Notes: a model not told the origin generated them from the letters alone. A stretch of 64,000 nucleotides of DNA from an uncultured delta proteobacterium (GCA_963756005.1 CAVWMC010000008.1:541125-605124), one strand, 5' to 3'. Shown: positions 41,390 through 51,901, counted from the first letter of the stretch. Numbers and translations: made by a program.

Positions 41390-42097
41390 ATGTGCGGACG
41401 ATTTACAATCACGCGGCGCGATCGCAATTCGCTGGCCGCCGAACTGGGTGTGTCGCCGGACTCGATGGTTGACTATCGGCCGCGCTACAACGTCGCCCCA
41501 ACGCAGCCGCATTTCATAGTCAGGATCAAATACGAAAATCGCGAAGCGGTTCCGGCGACCTGGGGACTTATCAAGAGCGGCGCGAAAGACGCCAGTATGG
41601 CGGCCAAAACTATCAACGCGCGCTCGGAGACGGTCGAGACGCGCGGCGCGTTTCGCGACGCGTTCCAGCGCCGTCGATGCGTCGTGCCGGCCGATGGCTT
41701 CTTCGAATGGACGGGACCCAAGACCGCGCGGCAGCCGACCTGGTTCCATCGCGAAGATAGCGGATTGCTGTTGTTCGCCGGCCTCTACGAGGCATGGCAG
41801 AAAGAGCGGGGCGTCTGGCAGACCACCTTCACGATTCTCACGACCGCGGCCAACGCCGTGCTCGAGTCCTATCACGACCGCATGCCCGTGATACTCGCCG
41901 ATCGCGACGCCGACGACTGGATGGACCCGCGCGCGCCCGATCCGCATGCCCTCAAGCGGCTGTTAGTTCCCGCGCCCGACGACTTGCTAATCGCGACTCC
42001 GGTCTCGCCTGACGTCAACAACGTCGATAACGATTCGCCTGATCTACTGCAGCCCGCCGGCCAGATGAGTCTCTCGTTGCGAAGCGGCCAGGCATAG
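41390..42097 (+). CDS. SOS-response-associated peptidase (SRAP/YedK, DUF159); abasic-site DNA-protein crosslinking enzyme
   Basis: Starts MCGRF (catalytic Cys2)...YNVAPTQP...ADGFFEW...SYHDRMPVIL is the invariant SRAP motif set. Real start inside ORF 41093..42097. Confidence 0.85.
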   Translation: MCGRFTITRRDRNSLAAELGVSPDSMVDYRPRYNVAPTQPHFIVRIKYENREAVPATWGLIKSGAKDASMAAKTINARSETVETRGAFRDAFQRRRCVVPADGFFEWTGPKTARQPTWFHREDSGLLLFAGLYEAWQKERGVWQTTFTILTTAANAVLESYHDRMPVILADRDADDWMDPRAPDPHALKRLLVPAPDDLLIATPVSPDVNNVDNDSPDLLQPAGQMSLSLRSGQA

Positions 42098-42357
42098 CGT
42101 CCGCGCGGCGCAGGTCTCACCAGCCACTTTTTTGTCGATCACGATTTTCAAGCGCCAATAGGACGGCGCTGGTGGCCGCGATCGCGACGCGCGGCTGGCC
42201 GTCGGCGCTTGCGCTCTCACGTTGATCTTTGCCTTTCGACTGCCTGTGTTCGCCTTCTTTGGATTACTCCGTGCCGAGGCCCAGAAGTCCTCGTCCAAGG
42301 CACATCCCTTGCGTTCGTGGGGTTGGGCCGATTCCCGATCAGCAACCAGTGGGCACA

Positions 42358-45300
42358 ATGAAATTGAAATACCTGGTCAGTCGAATCTCAAGTGCGGCAC
42401 TGATGTTGATCGTATGTGCGGCGAGCGCGCCAGCCTTGGCCGCCTCGAACAAGCCGCGGCCCGAGGTGCTATCCACTAGTCCGGCCGCCGACGCTGTGAA
42501 CGTTGACGTCAATACCAGCGTCACCGTGAATTTCAGCATGCCGATGAAATGCGGCTCGATAAACAAACATACCTTCCGCCTCAAGCCGGTCGGCTACGCC
42601 GACATCGCCGCCAGCTCCGTCACTTGCTCCGGCAGCACCGCGGTCTTTACGCCAACCAGGGGTCTCGCCGTCAGCACCAGGTACAGGATTAGGTTCGTCG
42701 GCAACGTCAAGGCCGGCAACGGCAAAACGCTCAAGGATGGATTCACCTCGGACTTTACGACCGGTCCGAATACCAGGCCTCCGGCCACCGCCACCCCAAC
42801 CGCCACCGCCACTCCGACCGACACCCCGACGGCGACTTCGACCTCGACCGCCACCGGCACCGCGACGGCAACTGCCACCGCGACTCCGACCGCGACTGAT
42901 ACAGCCACCGCCACCCCGACCGACACCGCAACTGCGACTGCAACATCAACCGCCACCGATACGGCGACGGCGACTGATACGGCCACAGCGACTGCGACAT
43001 CAACCGCCACCGATACGGCGACGGCGACCGCAACTGACACGGCTACAGCTACGGCGACGTCAACAGCGACCGCCACCGACACTCAGACGGCCACGGCCAC
43101 CGCAACTCCGACCGCCACGGCCACCGCAACTCCGACCGACACGGCCACCGCAACTGCGACCGACACGGCGACGGCGACCGCAACTGACACGGCTACAGCT
43201 ACGGCGACGTCAACAGCGACCGCCACCGACACTCAGACGGCCACGGCCACCGCAACTCCGACCGCCACGCCGACGGTGACCGCAACTCCAACGTCAACTG
43301 CCACTGATACGGCGACGGCGACCGACACGGCCACTGGGACCGCGACTCCGACTGACACGGCAACGGCCACTGCGACTGATACGGCTACAGCTACGGCGAC
43401 CTCAACGGCGACCGACACGGCGACTGCGACCGCAACCGCCACCGACACTGCGACGGCGACAGCGACTGACACGGCTACAGCCACGGCGACGTCAACAGCG
43501 ACCGCCACCGACACTCAGACGGCCACGGCCACCGCAACTCCGACCGACACGCCGACGGCGACCGCAACATCAACCGCCACTGACACGGCGACGGCGACTT
43601 ATACGGTCACAGCCACCGCAACTCCGACCGACACGGCGACTGCAACTGCAACATCAACCGCAACCGACACAGCAACGGCGACTGATACAGCCACAACCAC
43701 CGCAACCCCAACCGATACGGCGACGGCTACTGATACAGCTACAGCTACCGCAACCCCGACCGACACGGCGACTGCGACTGCAACAGACACGGCTACGGCA
43801 CTTCAACTGCGACCGCCACCGACACTCAGACCGCAACTCCGACTGACACGCCGACGGCGACCGCAACATCAACCGCCACTGACACGAGCGACGGCGACCG
43901 CATACAGTCACAGCCACCGCAACTCCGACCGACACGGCGACTGCGACTGCGACATCAACCGCAACCGACACAGCGACGGCGACTGATACGGCCACAACCA
44001 CCGCAACTCCCAACCGATACGGCGACGGCGACTGATACGGCTACAGCTACCGCAACTCCGACCGACACAGCGACGGCGACCGCAACTGACACGGCTACAG
44101 CTACCGCGACTTCAACAGCGACCGCCACCGACACTCAGACGGCCACGGCCACCGCAACTCCGACTGACACGCCGACGGCGACTGATACGGCTACGGCCAC
44201 CGCGACTCCGACCGACACAGCGACGGCGACTGCAACTGCAACATCAACTGCGACCGACACGGCGACTGCGACTGCAACTGATACGGCTACCGCTACAGCG
44301 ACCGATACGGCTATCGCCACCGCGACTGCGACTTCGACTGCGACCGCAACTCCAACGGCGACTGCAACTGCGGTCCCGCCCATCGTGATTTCGTCGGCGC
44401 CGGCGGTCATTGGCTGCGGCGGACAGGGGATGGGTACCAATCAGAACATCACGGCTGCCTTCAGTGAGCCGATGGACTCCGCGTCGATCACTGCGTCTGG
44501 AACTTTCACCGTGACCGGCCCCGGCGTGACTCCGGTAGCGGGCACCGCCACCTACGATGCGACCAACAACATCGCGGTCTTCACCCCGACCGGAGGGATC
44601 TTCGCCAGCAGCACCACGTTTACCGCGACTATCACGACCGCGGCTCAGAGCGCGGGACTCTTGCCCCTGGCGAGCAACTTCGTTTGGACCTTCACCACCG
44701 GCGCCAGCACCAACACTACGGCGCCAATGGTAACCTCGACCAATCCCGCCGATGCCTCGGAAGGCGCGGCCGGCATCAACCAGAAAATCACCGCAACTTT
44801 CAGCGCGGCGATGAACTCCACAACCATCAACCCGACGACCTTTACTCTTACCGGACCGGGCGCCACCCCGGTTGCGGGCACGGTGGCCTATTCCACCATC
44901 GGCACCACCGCGACCTTCACGCCGAGCAGCGCGCTGGAGGCCGACACCGCTTACACCGCGACTATCACCACTGCCGCCGCCGACCTGGCGGCCAATGCGC
45001 TGCCGACTAACTTCGTATGGTCCTTTACGACCGGGGACGGCACCGACGCCATCGCTCCCACAGTCAGTTCCACCAATCCTCTCAGCGCCGCCGCTGGTGT
45101 GGGTATCGACGCTTCAGTCAACGCAACCTTCGATAAGGCGATGGACCCCGCGACCCTGAATCCCGTGACCTTCACCGTGACCGGGCCGGGCTCAACCGTC
45201 GTCACCGGCCAGGTTACCTACGACGTTCCCGACAGCATCGTGACGTTTACCCCGGCCAGTCCGCTCGCAGCCAGCACCGAATTCACCGCCACAATTACCG

Positions 45301-46016
45301 GAGCTATGGATCTGGCGGGCAATCCACTGCCAACCTATACGTGGACCTTTACTACGGGTGCGACAGCTACCGGCCTGTCGCCGATAGACTTGGGCGCGTC
45401 CACCAATTTCGCAGTGTTTGCCGGAAGCACCATCACCAATGCCGGTGCGACAGTCGTCAACGGCGATCTTGGTTTGACACCGGGTACCTCGGTGACCGGA
45501 TTCCCACCCGGAATTATGAACGGGACAATCCAGATCAATAATGCCGCCACAGCCGCTGCGCTGACCGATTTGGCCACCGCATACATCGACGCCGCCGGCT
45601 TGTCGGGCGCAACGACCGTGGCTGAAAACCTGCAGGGACTGACTCTTACCCCGGGACTCTATGTCTCTGGCGAGAACTCGTTCGAGATATCAGGCGCGAA
45701 TCTCATGCTCGACGCCCAAGGCGACCCCAATGCGGTCTGGGTCTTCCAGATGCCGGCCTCTACACTCACATTGACTGCGCCCGGCTGCAGCGTGATTCTG
45801 GAAAACGGCGCGCAACCTTCCAACATCTTCTGGCAGGTCGGCACGTCGGCGACGATCGCCGGAGGTTGTGTGCTCGAAGGGAGCATGCTGGTCAATACGT
45901 CAATCTCTCTGGCTTCTGGCGCGGCGGTGAACGGACGTGCGCTGGGCAGCGCCGTCGCCCCAAGCGGCGCGCTCCTCATGGACACCAACAATGTCACCCG
46001 TCCCGCATGCAATTGA
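42358..46016 (+). CDS. giant secreted/cell-surface protein: signal peptide, SbsA-type Ig domains (x4), long (TDTATA)n low-complexity tandem-repeat linker, C-terminal ice-binding-like DUF3494 domain. Reading frame broken within the repeat
   Basis: MKLKYLVSRISSAALMLIVCAASAPALA signal. Ig-like modules of the form SPADxAxNVxVNTxVTxxFSxxMxxxSIN..TFTLxxPG...VAGTVxYS...ATFTPxxxLxxxTxYTATIT appear before and after the repeat. C-terminus LGASTNFAVFAGSTITNAGATVVNGDLGLTPGTSVTGFPPG...LDAQGDPNAVWVFQMPASTLT...NIFWQVGTSATIAGG matches the DUF3494 ice-binding-like family. Track ORFs 42229..43986 and 44385..46016 are separated by frame shifts inside the repeat. Confidence 0.7.
42780..44390 (+). repeat. ~1.6-kb coding tandem repeat (18-bp unit ACNGACACGGCNACNGCN = T-D-T-A-T-A, with ~120-150-bp higher-order units)
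   Basis: Higher-order units such as accgccaccgacactcagacggccacggccaccgcaactccgaccgacacggc recur at ~43070, 43220, 43497 and 44125. Local deletions (for example around 43795-43830) throw the frame. Confidence 0.85.
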
Positions 46017-46065
46017 GCGGGCAAGCGCGAGTACTTCGTCTGGATGCGCTCGTCAGCGAGCCGCG

Positions 46066-46794
46066 TTACTTCTGGCCGTGGGCGGTGCTGAAGTAGTCGC
46101 CGCCTTTCGGGTGATGGTCTTCGCCGCCCCACTTGATGTCGTGATCCATTCGCTGCATCGGTGGGATGTGTTTCGAGCATTGGACGTAGGCCTCGACTAC
46201 TTCGACCATTACCCATCGCTCTAAGTGTCCGCCGTCGCTTTCTATGATGTCTCTAAGGACCGCGTCTCCCAGTATCGCTTGCTCGGCGGGATGGTCCTTC
46301 AGGAATTCCAGGAATTCATTGTTCTCCGCTATTCTTGCGCCGCCGTTTATATGGAGACCTATCTGCTCGCCGAAATCTACAAACAACAGTCCTATGTGCG
46401 GATTTTCTGAGATGTTGCCGAGGCTCGCCATCACACCGTTGCCTCGGTACTCCGGATAGGCGACGGTGCGCTCGTCGAGGACCTTCACAAAGCCCGCATG
46501 GCCGCATCGAAAGGCTGAGTCGGCGTGTCCTCTGGCATCCGCGGTCCCGACGAACACCATCTCCTGGCGCGCGACAAACGCTTGCATCGCAGAATTCAGA
46601 TGGTCGATGACCTGATGCTTGTAAAACGCCATCGCATGCGTCGTCCTGCCGTACTTCTGCTGTAACCGATGCTCGCCGTCGGAGCCCGGCATCGCCTCCG
46701 CCGGCGCCGCCGCGTTACCCATCTGCACGATCACTTCCACGCGCTCTTCGACCATCACGATCGGTCTCTCGTTTTCGTTGCCACTCGATCCCAT
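46066..46794 (-). CDS. PNPOx-like FMN-binding split-barrel family protein (paralogue 1)
   Basis: VFVGTADARGHADSAFRCGHAGFVKVLDERTVAYPEYRGNGVMASLGNISENPHIGLLFVDF shares motifs with the gene at 47047-47946. GGGAGG RBS before ATG at 46794. Confidence 0.55.
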   Translation of the reverse strand: MGSSGNENERPIVMVEERVEVIVQMGNAAAPAEAMPGSDGEHRLQQKYGRTTHAMAFYKHQVIDHLNSAMQAFVARQEMVFVGTADARGHADSAFRCGHAGFVKVLDERTVAYPEYRGNGVMASLGNISENPHIGLLFVDFGEQIGLHINGGARIAENNEFLEFLKDHPAEQAILGDAVLRDIIESDGGHLERWVMVEVVEAYVQCSKHIPPMQRMDHDIKWGGEDHHPKGGDYFSTAHGQK

Positions 46795-46946
46795 CAGGGA
46801 GGCCTCCCGCCAAACGGTTCGCGTCGGCTGAGGAATGATACAAGAATGGGGAGTGGCGATGCGACGGCGCGCGCAGCTGCTCAATTGATGCACTTTCCCG
46901 CGCGTGATAATTCAATGGGTCCGGTCGCGACTGTGACGCGGATTGG

Positions 46947-47022
46947 GGCGGCGTACCCAAGTGGTTAAGGGAGAGGTCTGCAAAACCTCCATGCATCGGT
47001 TCGAATCCGATCGCCGCCTCCA
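46947..47022 (+). tRNA. tRNA-Cys (GCA)
   Basis: GGCGGCGTACCCAAGTGGTTAAGGGAGAGGTCTGCAAAACCTCCATGCATCGGTTCGAATCCGATCGCCGCCTCCA: anticodon loop CTGCAAA, T-loop TTCGAAT, 7-bp acceptor, encoded CCA. Confidence 0.88.
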
Positions 47023-47046
47023 ACACTCCCCTCAAATTACCGCCGC

Positions 47047-47946
47047 TCAGTCCTTCGGGTTGTTGCGCGAGAATTGGCGGAACTTCGCGATCAGCGGAAA
47101 GCCGGCGGGATTGTCGATGACTTGCTCGAGCGCAAAGTCGATCACTCGTTCCGCGCCGGCGAAGGTGCGCACGCGTTCGGGACTCCAGTCGATCGAGGCG
47201 CGGCCAGTCAGTTGGAGCGTAGCGCCGCTATCGAAATCGATGAACAGGAGTCCGGCCCGCGGATTGTCGGTAAGGTTGCCAAGCGTATTGAACATGCTGT
47301 TGCCGTTGTAGTCGGGGAACGCGATCAGGTGCGCGTCGAGCACCCGCACGAAGCCGGGATTGCCGCCCTTGTGCGAAACGTCGGCGCCGCGCTCCGGCTT
47401 GTCAGTCGCGATGAAGAATGTGTCGGCGCGGGAAATCTGCTCCTGCTGCGACGCCGTCAGCGCCGAGCCCGCGCTGGCCGCCTGCTCCGGCGCGCGAGTC
47501 CGCCGCGTGCCCGCAAAAATCCGCTCCTGCAGGTAGCGCCGGCAGTTGCCGTACACCTCGTCAGTGGTGATGAAGATTGCGCCGTCCTTAATGACACCGC
47601 GGCCGTTGACGCGCACGCGACGCGAGCTCACGAAGTCGGGCGCGAACAACGCGACGTGTCCCTCAGTCGTGAGATTGCCGACCAGCGGATCGCCTGGCGA
47701 AACCTGCGCCGCGATTCTGAGCGTGCGATCATCCACAGCCTCGATGAAGCCGGGGTCGCCAGTGACCACCGACGCCCAAACCCTGCCGCGACTGTCGATT
47801 GTGCCGATCACCGCCATCTGGCGGCGTTCGAGAAACTGAATGACGCCCGGCGGCAGGTGCTCGACGATGCCTTCGCCGACATCGTTGGCGATGTCGCGGA
47901 CGCCGGCTCGTTCCTGAACCGCAATCTCGCCGCTGTGAAACTTCAT
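47047..47946 (-). CDS. PNPOx-like FMN-binding split-barrel family protein (paralogue 2, two-domain)
   Basis: 299 aa. The C-terminal half FFIATDKPERGADVSHKGGNPGFVRVLDAHLIAFPDYNGNSMFNTLGNLTDNPRAGLLFIDF parallels paralogue 1. The N-terminal half has a second split-barrel-like segment. Confidence 0.55.
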   Translation of the reverse strand: MKFHSGEIAVQERAGVRDIANDVGEGIVEHLPPGVIQFLERRQMAVIGTIDSRGRVWASVVTGDPGFIEAVDDRTLRIAAQVSPGDPLVGNLTTEGHVALFAPDFVSSRRVRVNGRGVIKDGAIFITTDEVYGNCRRYLQERIFAGTRRTRAPEQAASAGSALTASQQEQISRADTFFIATDKPERGADVSHKGGNPGFVRVLDAHLIAFPDYNGNSMFNTLGNLTDNPRAGLLFIDFDSGATLQLTGRASIDWSPERVRTFAGAERVIDFALEQVIDNPAGFPLIAKFRQFSRNNPKD

Positions 47947-47950
47947 CGCG

Positions 47951-48421
47951 CTAAGGCGCGGGCGCTCCCGGCATCGCGAGATGATGGTCGGGCTTCACCT
48001 CGAGCTTGACCAGGCACGGCGGACCGTCTTCGCCGTAGCATAAATTGCTTACTTCGCCGAGTTTGGGATCGCGATCGTCGTGGGCGTAGCCCGGACAGAT
48101 CCAATGGCCGCCGTCGCGGTACAGGGCGACCGCGAAATAGCGGCCGGCCGCGAGATTGCCGCTGACCGCGTCGCCGCGCGACGAGATCTCGCGCGAGTTG
48201 ACGATGTCGAAGCCGTCGTGCGCCGCGTCGGGCGAGTACTGCATGAAGAAAATCCGCCATTGCCGGCCCGGACGCGCGGTCACCTCGTATTCCATCGAGC
48301 GATCGTACGAGAACACCGGCTTGTCGCGGCACAGCCACGGCCGTCCCTCTTCCGCAAATGCGGGACTGGCCAGCAGCGTCGCGAGACCGGCAGCCGTCAA
48401 CATCAAGCTCGAAAGTTTCAT
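47951..48421 (-). CDS. secreted hypothetical protein
   Basis: Signal peptide MKLSSLMLTAAGLATLLASPAFA|EEG. 156 aa with several Cys. No recognisable domain. Confidence 0.45.
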   Translation of the reverse strand: MKLSSLMLTAAGLATLLASPAFAEEGRPWLCRDKPVFSYDRSMEYEVTARPGRQWRIFFMQYSPDAAHDGFDIVNSREISSRGDAVSGNLAAGRYFAVALYRDGGHWICPGYAHDDRDPKLGEVSNLCYGEDGPPCLVKLEVKPDHHLAMPGAPAP

Positions 48422-48428
48422 CTGATTT

Positions 48429-50369
48429 TCACTTCTCCCGACTCGCAATCGCGATGATACGGCCGACTATTTCGCCGAGGTTCGAGTCCTTGGGCGTGAA
48501 GACCGCTTTGATGCCGAGTCCGAGCAGTGCGGCGCGATCGGCTTCGGGGATGATCCCGCCCATCACGATTGACAGGTCGCCGGCGCCGCGGCTCTTCAGC
48601 AGCGCGATCGTTTCGCGCGCGATCGACATGTGCGCACCGGCGAGACTCGAAATCGCGAGCACGTCAACGTCTTCCTCGAGCGCCGTCGCGACCATCTGCT
48701 CCGGCGTTTGCTTGAATCCCGCGAGCACTACTTCCATCCCGGCTTGCATGCACGCATGCGCGAGCAGCTTGATCGCGTTGATATGGCCGTCGAGGCCGGC
48801 CTTGCCGAGCGCGATGCGAATCTTGCGCTTCGTCGGCGCCATCGGCACGTTGAGTGCGCCGACTGCGACACTGGTCTCGAGAATCGGCGGCGTGTAGCGT
48901 CCGCGGCCGACGCGCACCAGCGAGTCGGTCCATTCGCCGACGGTGCCGCCGGCGCGCGCGAGTTCGAGCGTCGCCTCGATCAATCCGCCGCCGTCATTCG
49001 CACCTGCGCCTTCGAGCGCCTCGCGCGCTTTGGCGACGGCGGCCTGGTCGCGCGCCGCGCGCCACTTCGCGAGCGACGCGATGCGTTCTTTTTCCTTCGA
49101 CGCCTGCGCCGCGTGGTCCGCATTCTGCCTGGGCGGCGGCGTGAGTCCGACTTCGCCGGTGAATGCGTTCACTCCGATCTGCACTATTTCGCCCGACTCG
49201 ACTTTGCGATGACGTTCGGCAAGCTGGCGCGTCAACTCACCGCTGACGATCGAAATGGCACGCGAGTAGCCGGCCTCGCGCAGCCGGATCGCGATTTCAC
49301 GAGCGCGCGCCGCGGTCTCGGCGGTAAGCTTCTCGATAACTTTGCTGCCCTCGAAAATATCGCCATAGCCGGCGAGTCCGGTCTCGTGCATCAGGACTTG
49401 CTGCGTGCGCAGGCTCAGCGTCTGCTCGGACTGGTCGGGCAGACTGAGCGCCTCGCGAAAGCCCGGCAACTGCAGCGCGTTGACGCGAGCGTCGGCCGAG
49501 ATGACGACCGGCAAAGCCTCGTAGGCGATGCGAATAATATTCACTTCGGGCTGCGGCTCGGTCAGCGTGAGCGAGCGCACCTGGCATCCGGCGCGGAAGG
49601 CGACGTCCTTGACGCCGTACTCGGTCGCGCACAGCTCGCGCCACAGCTTGAAGTACGCGCGAATTTTGCAAATCTCGGGCACCAGCTCGATGCCGCTGTT
49701 GATGAAAAATGAAATGCGGCGGACGGTCTGCTCGAACGCGGCGGCGTCGAGCCGCGGTCGGATCGCGTCGAGGATCAGCAGCGCGTTGCCGAAGGCGTAG
49801 CCGATTTCCTCGGCCGGCCCGGCGCCGCTCTCCATATAATGGTAGCCGCAGCAGTTGATCGGATTCCAATTCGGCACGCGCTCGACGGCGAAGCGAATCA
49901 GCTCGGTGGAGAGACGAAACGACAGCTCGGGGTGAAAGATCGAGGTGCCGCGCGCGACGAATTCTTTGAGCAGATCGTTCTGCGTGGTGCCGCGGAGCTC
50001 GGTCCACGGCACGCCGTGCTTTTCGGCGACGACGAGGTAGAGCGCCAGGATGAACGGCGCGGTCGCGTTGATCGTCATCGAGGTGTTGATCGAAGCCAGC
50101 GGTATTCCCTCGAACAGCCGCTCCATGTCGTCCCAATGGCAAATCGAGACGCCCGCTTCGCCGACCTCGCCGCGCGCGACGGCAGCGTCGGGGTCGTAGC
50201 CGTTTTGCGTCGGCAGGTCGAACGCGATCGAGAGCCCGCGCTGACCTTGTTTCAGATTCGCGAGGAAGCGCTCGTTGGCCTGGCGCGCATCGCCGAAGCC
50301 CGCATAGGTACGGATGATCCACGGTTCACGCGGCGCGCGAGGTTTTTTCTCAGCTTCAGGCATCGTCAC
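48429..50369 (-). CDS. methylmalonyl-CoA mutase family acyl-CoA mutase, fused catalytic and B12-binding domains (ethylmalonyl-/isobutyryl-CoA mutase-like possibilities)
   Basis: PWIIRTYAGFGDARQANERF...LSIAFDLPTQNGYDPD...GVSICHWDDME is the MCM substrate-binding TIM barrel. C-terminal IRIALGKAGLDGHINAIKLLAHACMQAGMEVV carries the DxHxxG cobalamin-binding motif. 646 aa. Confidence 0.85.
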   Translation of the reverse strand: MTMPEAEKKPRAPREPWIIRTYAGFGDARQANERFLANLKQGQRGLSIAFDLPTQNGYDPDAAVARGEVGEAGVSICHWDDMERLFEGIPLASINTSMTINATAPFILALYLVVAEKHGVPWTELRGTTQNDLLKEFVARGTSIFHPELSFRLSTELIRFAVERVPNWNPINCCGYHYMESGAGPAEEIGYAFGNALLILDAIRPRLDAAAFEQTVRRISFFINSGIELVPEICKIRAYFKLWRELCATEYGVKDVAFRAGCQVRSLTLTEPQPEVNIIRIAYEALPVVISADARVNALQLPGFREALSLPDQSEQTLSLRTQQVLMHETGLAGYGDIFEGSKVIEKLTAETAARAREIAIRLREAGYSRAISIVSGELTRQLAERHRKVESGEIVQIGVNAFTGEVGLTPPPRQNADHAAQASKEKERIASLAKWRAARDQAAVAKAREALEGAGANDGGGLIEATLELARAGGTVGEWTDSLVRVGRGRYTPPILETSVAVGALNVPMAPTKRKIRIALGKAGLDGHINAIKLLAHACMQAGMEVVLAGFKQTPEQMVATALEEDVDVLAISSLAGAHMSIARETIALLKSRGAGDLSIVMGGIIPEADRAALLGLGIKAVFTPKDSNLGEIVGRIIAIASREK

Positions 50370-50430
50370 AAGGTTAATTGTCGAGGCATCGGGATTCCAG
50401 CCGATGTAAACGGTAGATACGCTTCAAGTC

Positions 50431-50832
50431 TCAGCCGCGTTTCTCAAGCTGCTCGGTTCTTATTTCAACCCAGGGAAATCGCCGGCTCTCATGGTACACC
50501 GACACTGATGGCGGCGGGAACGAGAGGTCCGCGAAGCAGCCTGCTGAAATAGCAACGACACCGGGAAGCTTGTCGTTAGTCCAGAATAGGGTGGCACCGC
50601 AGTTCGGACAGAAACCTTGAGTGATGCGGCTGCCTTCGTCGCCGACGCGAACGAATTCAGTCGCATCCCCCTCAATTAACACGTCGTCCTTGCGGAACCA
50701 GGCGCCAAAGCCAAATGCGCTGCCGGTTTTCCGCTTACAGGCCAGGCAGTGGCATACGGCGATGCGGAAAGGCTCTCCAGAGCAGGTGGCTGACAGCCGG
50801 CCGCAGGAACATTCTGCTCGGCGAGTGATCAT
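50431..50832 (-). CDS. GFA (glutathione-dependent formaldehyde-activating / CENP-V-like) family protein
   Basis: Cys-rich zinc motifs CSCGRLSATCSGEP...CHCLACKRKTGSAF...CPNCGATLFW are typical of the GFA family. Confidence 0.75.
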   Translation of the reverse strand: MITRRAECSCGRLSATCSGEPFRIAVCHCLACKRKTGSAFGFGAWFRKDDVLIEGDATEFVRVGDEGSRITQGFCPNCGATLFWTNDKLPGVVAISAGCFADLSFPPPSVSVYHESRRFPWVEIRTEQLEKRG

Positions 50833-50848
50833 GGTTGGCTCCTATACT

Positions 50849-51809
50849 TCAGTGCCGATGCGCCGCGCGTGGGACAGTTTCATGTTCGCGATGACGGGCG
50901 AGGTCGGCGGTGATGCGATCGATCAGATCGATTCCCGACAGCCCACTGTGCTCGGCGATCTCGAACACCGGACCGCCGGTCTCCTTGCGGATTTTCGCAA
51001 GAGCCTTGCGCGCTTCCGCCGCGCGATTCAGCTCTGACTTTGCCAGCTCGGCGAGATGGTCGAGATCTTTTTTTCGCAGATGCGGGCCGCGGCGATTGGC
51101 CAGCGCCGAGATGTCATCAGCGTCGAACTCGGACGGCGGAATCCGATTGAAGAGCACCGCGGCCGGCGTCAGATGGATGCTGCTCAACTGCGCGTGGGTC
51201 TCGATAGTTTCGGAAATCGAAAGACTGTCGGCGGTCGTCACCTGCACGATCGCGCAATGGCGCCGGTCGCGCAGCATCTTCGAGATGTTGCTCGCCTCCT
51301 TGCCGACCACACTGTCGCCGAAGGTCGAGCGCGCCGCCGTCGGCATCTTGAGCAGGCTCATCGCCTGTCCGCTGGCAGGCGCATCGACGACGATGACGTT
51401 GCGGGCGGGCGCTTTGTCGCCATCCAGGCCGGCGTCGTAGAAAACTTTTCCGAGCATCATCAGTTCGCGCAACCCGGGCGCGGCTTGCACGAAGAATTGA
51501 TAGAGGCGGCTGGCGAACACCGCCTTCAGCAGCATCCGGCCCGGCACCACCAGGCGCAGATATTCCTCGAGCGCGGCGCGGCCGTCGAGCGTCATCAGAG
51601 AGAGATTGTGCGCGACCGGGGTCGGCACGAAAGACGATCGCGACGCCGAAGGTCGAGGCCAGCGGCGCGCGCGCGTCGCATTCCATGATCAGTGCGCGCG
51701 CGCCGGAGACGGTCGCAAGCTTCGCGATCGCGGCGCTCAAGGTCGATTTGCCGACGCCGCCCTTGCCGAGCACGATCAGCACGCGGTGGGCGAGGATTTC
51801 GTTCAGCAT
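50849..51809 (-). CDS. ArsA/Get3-family P-loop ATPase (second paralogue), with an apparent 1-nt frameshift near 51612
   Basis: N-terminus MLNEILAHRVLIVLGKGGVGKSTLSAAIAKLATVSGARALIMECDARAPLASTFGV is in the frame of ORF 51117..51809. The continuation PVAHNLSLMTLDGRAALEEYLRLVVPGRMLLKAV... is in the frame of ORF 50849..51628. The junction tttcgtgccgacc would be in frame without the c. Confidence 0.6.
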
Positions 51810-51851
51810 TTTGTGGGGGCGCAGCGTCGAGCTTCGATATGATTGCCGAGG

Positions 51852-51882
51852 AACCTAACCCCTTCCCGCGCGGGAAGGGGGA
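51852..51882. repeat. palindromic repeat type B (aacctaacccc-ttcccgcgcgggaa-ggggga)
   Basis: Near-identical to the copy inside the GDPD gene at 17221-17258. Intergenic between the arsA-like start and the fabH end. Confidence 0.75.
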
Positions 51883-51901
51883 CTGGAAAAAAAGGAGAAC
51901 C

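Noticed and set aside
42594-44440. Minus-strand ORFs encoding (VAVAVS)n and plus-strand Pro/Arg-rich ORFs over the repeat
   Set aside because: These are alternative-frame and antisense readings of the (ACNGACACGGCN)n coding repeat. The TDTATA frame is the one continuous with the homologous N- and C-terminal domains.
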